Notes under the pieces: model-generated
Database searches by the model: none
Told to the model about the DNA's origin: nothing
The model's input: only the letters and a program-made list of their open reading frames with translations
Made by a program: the position numbers and the translations under genes
In this document: positions 12,901-19,100 of the stretch, in pieces
Position numbering within the stretch: position 1 is the stretch's first letter
Layout: each line of letters begins with the position of its first letter
From: Candidatus Melainabacteria bacterium 17Bon1m
Lineage (GTDB): Bacteria > Cyanobacteriota > Vampirovibrionia > Obscuribacterales > Obscuribacteraceae
Length of the DNA stretch: 37,016 nt
Direction of reading: 5' to 3'
Assembly: GCA_032128875.1 (NCBI GenBank)
Contig: JAVLKG010000021.1
Coordinates: forward strand, 1-37,016

Positions 12901-15823
12901 AATCGCCAGTGTTGAGAACGGCGTATTCTCTGGTCCTGGCGCATTCGGAATAACCGGCGCCACTTCCGGCAACATCAGTTTTGCAACTGCCAATGCAGGG
13001 ACTGGAGATTTCACAGCCACGACTGCAGGCAATATAACTGCCTCGTCAGCGCTTTCGGCTCACAATATTACGTTGACAGCCGATCAGCTGAACTTCACGT
13101 CGCTGAATACTCTCGCATCGGCAGTTGATGCAAATGGTAATTCTGGTGACATCAATGTCACCGCATCGGCGATTACGAGCCAAGGCTCCCCCTTAGCGCT
13201 AGTCGCAGCTGGAACAGGAGCTGGAGATGGCGGTGACATCAACCTGACCCTCAACAACTCTACTGCGGTCACAGTTGGTGCAAGCGGAAGCTTCCAATTC
13301 GATACTTCTGCTGACGGCACTGGAAATGGTGGCACCGCGACCTTCATAAGTTCAGGTGCAGTCACTCTGGCAAATGGTGCCTTTGTGGGCAGCAGTGCGG
13401 GCGGCAATGGCGGCGGCGCTGTTGTAGACACTACCGGCAACATCAATGTGCAAGCCGGAGCATTTGACCTCGCTGGAGCTCTCGATGGAGCAACAATTTC
13501 TTTGAGTTCTGATGGCACCATCGACCTTTCATCTGGAATTGGATTCTTCTCACAAGCGAATGCGGTAGGAACTGATTCGAATGGCGGCACTTTGGTCCTT
13601 CGTGGTGCAAGCTTTGTCCTTCCGGCAGGCGTCGGCAGTCTCGCCACACCATTGAACCTGACAGCAACTGCTAATGGAAATGGCAACAACGGAACCATAG
13701 TCTTCGAAACTAATTCGACTACAGCAATGGTGGTCGGCGCTTCGACCGGCAAAGCACCGAAGGGCGCAGTACTCTACGTACAAGCTGATGCATCCGGAGG
13801 TGGTGGCAACGCCGGTTCGATAACCCTGGCTACAGGTGGCGATCTGATAGTCAACGACGTTTCATTGCTCAATGCCAGCAGTTCGTTTACTGCTGTTGGT
13901 GCACTTGAGGGTGCAAGCTACAGTTTGACCGCAGGCAGAAATGGAGTTGGAAATCTAATCGTCAATGGAGCCCTCGATGGTTCCGGCTTCAACAGTGGAG
14001 TTGGCGGAGACATTACATTGGCGTCTAATTCCAAGACTGCTTTTGCAATAAACACCACAAAGGCTCCTAAAAACGGAACTCTTGGAGCCATAACGACTGA
14101 CAATGGTGGCGCAGTAACCATCTCCAACCTTGGAGGCGGAATTACGCTTAGCAATGCGGGGGCTGTTGTCGCCGACAGTCAAGCATATGACCTTGGTGGC
14201 AAAGGAACATTCTCTGCCAAAAAGTTCACCATCAATGCGTTGGATGATTTGACTATCACATCTTCCGGAACATCGGCTCTTTCCAACTTGTCGGTCAACA
14301 CTGCGAATCTCAGTGTCTCGACAGGTGGTGCTGTATCAATCACCAACGAATTCGTCGGCAACTGGAATTTGGAAAACGCTACTGGTAAATCAATAACAAT
14401 CAATTCAGGCGCATCTGGTTCCGTGACGGTGAACGACGTCCTTGCAACTGCAGGAAACGTACTTATCGTCAACAACTCAGGCGACCTTACTGTTGCTTCT
14501 GATGCCAATCTCAGAGCAACCAACGGTTCAATGACATTGCAGAACACCAATCTCAGCGGACATATCCAAGTGGGCGCGAATGCAGTTGTGGAGACCTTTG
14601 GAACCAAAGGTAAGAACACGACCCTTACGGTGTCGTCCACCATTCCGAAGAATGGAACCAACCCGACTTCAGTGAGTGTTGGAAACATCAACGTGACTGT
14701 TGAGGGCAAAGGTCTCGTATACCTCGGAGCGTCGGGCACTGTAGTTGCAGCCGCGCCGGTAAATGTAAATGCGCTGAACAAGAACGTTATCTTTAATGGA
14801 CCAGCTGGCTCGATTGTTCTAGGTGCAGGCTCAACCATTACTGCAGACCCGCCGTCCGCCGCAACAAGTGCGTCCGCTGCTAGTGTTGCTGGTGCTGTTC
14901 CCTCAGTGGCAGCTGCTCTTCCTGCACAAAGTGAACTCAGTACAAGTGGGTTGTTTGGTTTTGTGGGAGAAAACTTGATTGCAACCGCCGACCTCTCGGT
15001 AGCTAATCTGAATGCAGCTCCCCTCGTACAAGTTGCGAACAACGCTTCATTGATCACCACGGCGGGCGGCATGAATGCCGCCCCTACAATGGGTGACACT
15101 GAAGACAACTCTTATATGGTTGGCTTCATGGGTAATGGTTTCGGCGAAACTGAAGCGGCTCTCTGCAGCGATGCTGAAATTCTGGGAGCGCCGGCGGCTC
15201 GCCGGCTTAGTGACAGCAATGCTGTGGATAGCGCCAGGAGCGCAGGCTTCCAGCCGGCATCTGAAAATGTCGCTGGAACGATCCAGACCGTTCAACATTC
15301 CGATCGCGTTGTAATTAAGAAAGGCAACGTACTCTTCGTTCCGTTCAAAGCTACGACTGTCGAGACGCCTAACGGTATCGTCCACATCGATGCGAAGTCC
15401 GTCGCTCTCGTTTCATCTAGTGATGCAGGTTTGGCGGTCTACGATCTCGAAGATCAACACAAAGGATCTGTAAGCCTTGAATCCAACGGTCACAATGTAG
15501 TTCTTGCTCCAGGCCGCCATGTGATGATCACGAAGCACCACACAGCAGAATTTGCGCAAATCAACGCTGTCGAAACGATCGCTCACCGCAACGTTCAAAG
15601 CGTAGTGAAGAACGGACACAGAGCACACACCTCTGAGTTCTCAGTCTTGACCGCAATGGACACAGTGAAACCACTCAAGGCATTGGCAAGTTCGAAGCAT
15701 GCACATGCGAGACAAATCGCAGACCGCATGATGAAGACGACTGCCATTATCTTGCAACTTGGCGGTGCAAGTGCTGGTCAATATCAGCACTACTTCAAGC
15801 CGCGCATGACTGCAAAAATGTAG
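926..15823 (+). CDS. Giant secreted filamentous-haemagglutinin-like beta-helical repeat protein (about 4965 aa), putative adhesin or surface filament
   Basis: Uninterrupted ORF. ATG 926 has GGAGA at 913-917 and is preferred over TTG 887. Sec-like signal ending VALA|EG; G/S/T/N/A-rich beta-strand repeats; N- and C-terminal domains shared with 16192-25374. Confidence 0.9.
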   Translation: MGTTRFVKISLSSMVFKKTFSLLTVFLFLASSNLSTVALAEGARHAAFEQFQLENPGLDKKELNQMFKQEWRMQRANDNDVRDLVNPVDASAAVINNQNNIQQQIDRNDFATKAEWQAAKQAFKLEQKAISNNLNQTIQQTSNNKLVSINHGFSLDLTSAVESITLGDKLFQGQNSVVINVGGQDKTVSAGSKVTAAEYVAARQALGGGSQTVTLDADGRATGGQVDLSAMTSGNQTMKVRDLTVPVAVTASGDFGKGGDVRILGDLTNAGSIVAYSSDKNINNAGIFADNITNTASGNITSQLNDVAKNNGGVVSDLNLSLRANDFLTNYGNIDSAGDLNLSAGISVKNLGASSTLTAAKTVNIETPHVVNQGSVAALGGNVNIAAPLATDLYVSGYGGNVQALSGDINIGTTGQVEKINTTIHGGDWKANSFNITSGDGHILVQANSIDAPVNATAGSGVIGVTQGDMTTGRMTFSGDPIIFSQFGNVNLTDQVAVGAPITILAGQNITGSAQTIFSGNSSGSGGDITLIAGANISAASGRVIVSGASGAGGSINLANLNTLDSSGSIDGGDVLLVAFKGSISLSPSLTIQTGGGGSGVNGNVTAIAGATSGTGISLPSINTTGGTGGGGNVTLANATPTIVGPFVEYSGTTGALVSGSFGIGTRQSGATLFVNQITAGNGNVSLLGGSSLNSIQVNSANSFSASSLGTLDLGSTSAQTISGAASGDITLFGSLAAPGGILLVSGQDIVSNALVTSNISLNASRANGDAGNISMVAGAAYTENANNVQVTGRSATGGSINLTATTGSVSTQVTSGSGSGGAVNLIAYTDAGFTQGGQILMPGYPIATDGSIVSGDVNVVAERPSATAIQLNTVNTMSSNPSNQTGNIYLRTATPFSTITFSTLTPGFAGTNNSFMQGTLQAGDIISSTLTAQGGLIRIESGRNIQIGNITNNIGTGLGGNVTILTNGTSALQVGGAGANFTGTISANVDTTGMVRTISITNLGTAGIDVISLPTQSVTTQGRGGSLILDADNGTLTVSGTIDRNGVGTNSDGGSIILRGASIANPSGNLFLTANATGTGSGGSTLVETETGAITVGTGATQIRATANGTGGTVEFRSGGGMSVQTAISADHVILQSSGGGLFFNNSVTGNSDVTLTTLGSSTMSGTGSINTNVLNINADSGAVTLFTGATSVSINTNSTVTLTEDSDLTINAGTTGAGDLNISTIGNQNFNGNFSAANYLLTVNGNFSLGGTGVLSSAGQLNITSLSPAGQAVLNTDVATLVAGFEGAVEINEANSISLGNTLSVTHLRVNAGGSINVNGAVTAQRITLLSKGEIAIANDISALGGGAGSGLLLVAAGNIRTSAANVDITTGVSGGQGGNIVMIAGADYVNAGASSIQITGASALGGNINFDTTDISSLRTSSVNAGSSGGDLTLVAYNSANPLTGRVLLPSSSSLITSGNGGASGNVVVVGSGTGTQVQIGAVNTSGGTSGGSIDIATSTLSNPVFVSTGMPTYTAGAFFDDLGPGAITTGALTTSSGNVWVRTDGAINLGAINTTATVSGAKGGDVRVGGDDRIANLTLSTITANGLGSGRGGDVVIDANGLVVGVINANGGATGAGGSVIATHTNDNFATTVFDELVSAAGNGGGNGGTIRLKNLGIAGLRISGNDIAVGTGGSIGGTIELDAGTGQTSTRYLIISNADWNVTGTTSNGQILLTGNSIEFTGAGPATLNAGSTSSTSGLVQLNSSGANTGLNIRTYGNNLNLSGGTVTVNDAIRTVGGNLTVNAGTGGFSGIYVSTSDTNPPNGASGNIIINSAGNIDGGTFDTSTSGSATTAGSINLNLTFGTGTIDSLNLFAMDGNTGTNTITVTANSGSLLNLGSVRTNGGTVGGNISITNSGTGGIDASDLVAVGTTTKGDVTLSSSGGLSSASVYADQFNVNFVSGSASFTTEISSFNATAPSGSLTINERDGVDIGVVSLNSLTVNAGNFAAGDIVATANISVPGTLTLHNANGAIQLNNSISGTTSVTLDAEGIAQLGGTISGGLLTVNMASGISTLTTNVSQLRTNVATGSTLSIQEANGIELLDIVGDTITVTAGMLGAGNITTANDISVGTLELVNQNSSSNIVLSNNIDATSQLRLTVTGNGNISQTAGTLTASQFIVNVGDGSFEHQGGTSAQIQGVGGFGPFIDFNSNNGNLNVENVGPGSLTFLNFVGNSLTAKSSTIELDNGIFIGLTSDANLLTNVLNLHGSTIDTTNGVITVSSISGGLTVDGGSGGVLNSTKYAPGSPGFPNTPGVVLNSNGGYLTIAGDVTVAYDSEFNVGNRDLIVSNSANWYSDYNISVNARNIEYQGAGQITANNLIFTSSAHNGTIINTSGDVTLTSDLTFNGQDLAIVASGNIIASGITSINLNSSSGNGGNLHLVAGYNATPSSGGQIQTSNPFTITTAGTGSVNLGAVTINTSATGATGDAGDVVAVASNGSVSLGDITATSTNGVGGNVLVVGQTGVNVTEINVTGGSAGGNIELSVSAPQIVGGPIKITDGAVENGSFAAGTTATAGNLLFRGTTGADEVTFRTGSGTVNQIFGGVLRANTLNFLAGTGAVLLDYIAVGTVNSDSQGSVTLNNQLGNVILGNITGANQHFILGTAQNITTSSDISIEYINLAAVSLTSQINLLHNITGSSGVTLYARDSFTQTSGTKISGGDLVLGHFATTTLATNVNTLSTSGTSTATLTINEDNGIQLLGQSGNVRVNTLGAGNITTGNNMSLTSIVLDTSVGGGNIILGHNVTGSASVELRTGNGGSITQNAGKISGGVLTVSNPGGNTTLSTNVTSLAVQDLSSLVINEDDGIAIGGNTNGGSLTVNAGVVTAGVLSTNATVAVGAGSITLNSQSGGGSIQLNNSLNSSGSISLTAVGDLSQTAGKITADQLTIHSGGSTAVTLSTDINQFNAGGIFAPLTINEDNGIAVRSVVGYTANNLTINSGVVSPGNITTAGNISVNAGLTLNAQGAGSDIVLSHSTSGNAGTSVVLSAADTIQQTAGTITAGSLTVGFANGSVSLNTNVNQLTTTGGDSLTVTDVNGVILNAQAVTNLTVNTTGPITTNTNISIAGLLTLNASGSGNINLNHDVNGTTGVTLNALGTISQTVGTTVSGGALSVGFGTTPLTLKTNVSSLTTTSVGSLTINEDNGIQLNAQTVGSLTVNAGLLATGNITTGAAITTNTLVLDNDNSSASSIILSHDVTGTTSATLRATGDITNAVGTSLTAATFSADAIGNIGAGLATPFNINSSNITARSTNGSVALSNAATGNVNVQTNSFANAANGTWSLTSVNAGGTTTNVTGDITANNISVVSQNGSLSASGNLQATSTLTLGAANDITNAAFTGTLTGSNLVLSSTLGSIGSADGSVRFVTSFANVEADAAGSVYLTGNNAGGTTINGTISSAGNVFDALAAQGNLTVGSGTTVSGSTIRLRSANSSVVMTGNATASSSVSLTAANDIMGTGLVTATLGGIVSLTATNGNIAGDGVSTNFNTAAGTLTLDANNAYISNTGNMQLAGANFGGTGTISVTNAGNLNVISSVSADSVSLTTTSGGNLLLSAGVTGVSDVTLTSAGTIGNSNSSVISTADITFNSVSNIGSPSAHMLVTNSGSPLALKVNTNADWWIDILDNSLVNLNASTGDDGTLVATGGVNTNGNTTLTGTLDITTSSINVENDSLTANIINIHAVPNANLNIDGGLNGGTFNSTVSTTWSASGNGDIILSGVMTMNGETFITTDNTGEVRVNNLADYTGNDAVTVTTGRYTIVGNGRLAGDPLTFDITSRTIANSNGNVTLDGDIIFVGGDYAIIASENINFGTATNISLANGAGNGGNLTMIAGYNFSPATSGQENSAEEFTFDGTQSTKGGSIDMTGVTISLNGTGNGGNLLVVAQGQTGVGSNAGTVVLGNVNTFGGVNGGAVTVLASGGIETGSLVSSGGSSGVGGSITLNVGNTALSGGIASVENGVFSGPGAFGITGATSGNISFATANAGTGDFTATTAGNITASSALSAHNITLTADQLNFTSLNTLASAVDANGNSGDINVTASAITSQGSPLALVAAGTGAGDGGDINLTLNNSTAVTVGASGSFQFDTSADGTGNGGTATFISSGAVTLANGAFVGSSAGGNGGGAVVDTTGNINVQAGAFDLAGALDGATISLSSDGTIDLSSGIGFFSQANAVGTDSNGGTLVLRGASFVLPAGVGSLATPLNLTATANGNGNNGTIVFETNSTTAMVVGASTGKAPKGAVLYVQADASGGGGNAGSITLATGGDLIVNDVSLLNASSSFTAVGALEGASYSLTAGRNGVGNLIVNGALDGSGFNSGVGGDITLASNSKTAFAINTTKAPKNGTLGAITTDNGGAVTISNLGGGITLSNAGAVVADSQAYDLGGKGTFSAKKFTINALDDLTITSSGTSALSNLSVNTANLSVSTGGAVSITNEFVGNWNLENATGKSITINSGASGSVTVNDVLATAGNVLIVNNSGDLTVASDANLRATNGSMTLQNTNLSGHIQVGANAVVETFGTKGKNTTLTVSSTIPKNGTNPTSVSVGNINVTVEGKGLVYLGASGTVVAAAPVNVNALNKNVIFNGPAGSIVLGAGSTITADPPSAATSASAASVAGAVPSVAAALPAQSELSTSGLFGFVGENLIATADLSVANLNAAPLVQVANNASLITTAGGMNAAPTMGDTEDNSYMVGFMGNGFGETEAALCSDAEILGAPAARRLSDSNAVDSARSAGFQPASENVAGTIQTVQHSDRVVIKKGNVLFVPFKATTVETPNGIVHIDAKSVALVSSSDAGLAVYDLEDQHKGSVSLESNGHNVVLAPGRHVMITKHHTAEFAQINAVETIAHRNVQSVVKNGHRAHTSEFSVLTAMDTVKPLKALASSKHAHARQIADRMMKTTAIILQLGGASAGQYQHYFKPRMTAKM
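9070..10490 (+). repeat. Intragenic protein repeat of about 110 aa (LxTNVxxL...LTINEDNGI)
   Basis: NEDNGI-like motifs start at 9131, 9458, 9803, 10151 and 10472 (spacings of 109, 115, 116 and 107 codons). Confidence 0.8.
15185..15258 (+). repeat. Two GGAG-type REP-like palindromes embedded in the coding sequence
   Basis: GGAGC-GCCGGCG-GCT-CGCCGGC (15185-15206) and GGAGC-GCAGGCT-TCC-AGCCGGC (15237-15258). They share the architecture of the intergenic copies at 28016-28037 and 28049-28070. Confidence 0.75.
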
Positions 15824-15844
15824 GGGCGACGCCATGCATCGCCC
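15820..15844 (+). repeat. GTAG-type REP-like element whose GTAG contains the gene's TAG stop
   Basis: GTAG-GGGCGACGC-CAT-GCATCGCCC; a near-identical copy lies at 32059-32083. Confidence 0.8.
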
Positions 15845-16191
15845 GGTCTTGACTGGTACTACCGCCATTTTTCGGCTCCTTGGTGGTGAGACTGGCGTTA
15901 ATAGTGGCGGGTTGGCGTAAGTAGCCTAACTCAGTCCCGCAAAGCTTTGGGCGATTGGTTGGCAAATATCCAACTGCAGCCAACCACTTTCCTTAAATCT
16001 GAACGTGTCGAAGTGTCGCCACAAAGCTGGAAACCTCTGCAGCACAAAGGGAATCCCGTTTGGGGATTACTCGCCGCATGTCCGGTAATAGTTGCTGGTT
16101 GGATACCATTAAGTTAGACTAATAAAAGAGAAGTTCTGGGGACCCATGGGACTTGAGGCGAGCGCGCCCGTCCTCTTTTTGGAATTAATAA

Positions 16192-19100
16192 ATGCCGAAA
16201 AAATCGTTGCGGAAGAAGCTTGGTCGTGTGACTGTCTTTAGCAAAGTCGGATTGGCTATGGCTGGCAGCATTTTGCTGCAGTCTGCGCCGGCTAGCGCTG
16301 GAAATCCCGATTTTCCTGGTGGGCGCGGTGCCGCTTTCCGCGATTTCAAGCAAGCCAATGACGGGTTGTCCGGCAAGCAGTTAAACCAGCTATTCAAAGT
16401 GCATTGGGCTGACATGAGAAACTCTGCCCAGGCTGTTGCTCAGCCTGTATTCGAGCAAAATGCCAACAACCTTTCGCATGGCCCAAACGTAGTAAACACC
16501 AACCTCAATAATTTGCAGAATCTGTCGAACTTGCCCAATCAAGTTGGCGCGACCAAACAAGAACTCAATCAGCAATTCAAGCTTGAGCGTCAAGCACAGA
16601 AGTTGGAGCATCAAGCTCTTAAGCAAGAGCTTCGCGAAGCAAAGCAAAACATAAATACAGTGCAGCAGATTTCTGCCGACAGATTTATTCGTGGCAACGG
16701 TGGATTCTCGCTTGATTTGAGTTCGGCAGTCGAGAACATCACACTCGGCGACAAACTATTTCAAAACGAGAGTTCGATAACCATCTCAATTGGCGGTGAG
16801 TCGAAAACGCTTTCTGCCGGCTCCAAAGTTACCGCCGCTGAATACATCGCAGCGAAGCAAGTTCTTGCAACAGGCGGACAGAAAGTTGGACTCGATTCAA
16901 ACGGTCGCGCTGTGAGTGGTTCTATCGACTTGAATGAACTCACTCCAGGCGACAAGACGATGAAGGTGCGCGATTTTGTTGTGCCAGAGAACGTGTCTGC
17001 AGCGGGTGATTTTAGTAAGAATGGCGACATTCGAATTACTGGGGACCTGATCAACTCAGGGACTATTCAAGCGTTTTCGTCCGACAACAAAATCACAACC
17101 GCAACGATCTCTGCGGACAACATCACCAACAATTCGAACGCGTCGATAACTTCCGACCTCAATCAATCTGCACGCGATTTAGGCGGTGTTGTTTCAAATC
17201 TTGGTTTGAATCTTCGCGCTGATGATGTGCTTTCCAATTATGGTTCCATCACAAGCTCCGGCGACCTGACTTTGTCCGCTGGTAAAACATTGAACAATTC
17301 AGGTAGTGCCATCGCGCAGAACAACCTCAACTTGCAAGCGCCAAAAATCGTAAACAGCGGACGCGTCGAATCCATCGCTGCGAACGTCAATTTGGATAGT
17401 TCTACTTTGTCTTCTCTCAACGTGAACAATTTTGGTGGCACGATAACTGCGTTGGATGGCGCGATAAATATTCGTAGTTCTGAGTACCAAGAGCGTTTTG
17501 ACACGCTGGTTTCAGGTGGCGATTTACTCTCGAAAGAATTGAATGTCTACACCGGTGGTGGCACGGCCGATGTGTTCGTCAATGCGTTGACCGGTATCGT
17601 GAACACCAGTGGTACAGCTGCACACGTTAGCGCAAATACAGAGGAACTGATACTCGGAACTCAGTGCCTAGTGGGAGATCCTACCTATTACAACACTGGA
17701 AACATTGTTCTCGGTGGTGATATCTTTGTTAACGAAACCTTGGCAATCATTGCGGGTGGATCAATTACAACAAATCAGTCTGACCTCCAGATCAACTCCG
17801 GAGGGCACGACATCTCAATAATTGCTGGAGCTAATGTACATACCGGTAGCGGCGAAATTGGTCCGGGAGCACTACCTTCTCAAATTGGGACGCCTAACCA
17901 TAATGCCAATTCTCCCGTTTCTTTTACTGGTCAGTCTGTGAGCGGTGGCAACATCGATCTCAGAGTTGCCGGTGGAAGACTGGATATCGTTTCTGGAGGC
18001 GGTGATGTTTTGCTGGCGGCATATGGCGGAGAAGTGCGGACCGATCTCGGCGCTATCATAAGTGCCTCTGGTTCTGGCAGCTCCAACAACGGCAACATCA
18101 CTGTAATAGGATCGACCGGAGTAACGATCGGAAACTTAAATACATATGCAGGTACTGGAACATCAGCTGGGACGGGAAACGTCTCTGTATATGCAGCTCA
18201 GCCGACTTTCTCCAGTGGCGGCAGTATTACCTTTGGCACCAATGGTAGTATCACTAGCGGCAATCGAATTGTTGCATCAGATACCATTACACCCACTGGA
18301 GCCGTGGAAATATGCAATGCGCGCTATACCGGTGACCTAACTGTGAAAGCTGGCGGTGATGTAATCATGCCAATATTTCATATTCCAAGTAGTCGTTCTA
18401 ACATTTCTGTGTCTTCATTAAATGGAGATATCTATACTCACGGTGGTTCTCTTGCGCGAAGCTATCTTCTGACGGCTGGTGGAAATATTTGGATAAGGAA
18501 TAGTTTTATCGCTCCTGGCGGCATAGTAATGATTGCTGGCCGTGATATTGCGTCTTACGCTTCTGGTTTCCCAAAGTTTGATGCCAGCAATGCTTCCGGA
18601 AATGGCGGCAACATTACGTTGATAGCTGGCGCCAATTATTCTCCTGGCAGTATTCAAAACATCGTTGGGAAAAGTGCAACTGGCGGTTCAATACGTTTGA
18701 ACGAAGTTGTGAACATGATTGAAAAATTTGATAATCATGGTGGCGGGGTGAACGCAAGCGGCGGCGAAATCAACCTTATCGCTTATGGTGGCGTAGTAAA
18801 TGTTTATCCAACTGCAAATGCCATTCTGACTAATGGTACCGGCAGCGGCAGTAGTGGCAAAGTCACCATCATTTCTGAGGGGCTCAATCTGAGGGGGGTT
18901 GACCAGTCTGGAACAGCTAATGGTGCAGTCAGAATTTACAACATGACTCTGCTCAGTTCCATCTCTCTGACGACCAATTCAAGCACTTCGAGTTTCGGCT
19001 CTGCATCTTTTACTCCGTTTGGAACGTTTTCTTCAGCAAATGTAAGCGCCGGTAGGATGACAGGTGTTCAAAATCTGCAAATCTTGACGGGGGGGAACTT

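Noticed and set aside
15956-15986. 8-bp inverted repeat TGGTTGGC/GCCAACCA as a terminator for gene 2
   Set aside because: The 15-nt loop and weak U-tract give insufficient support.
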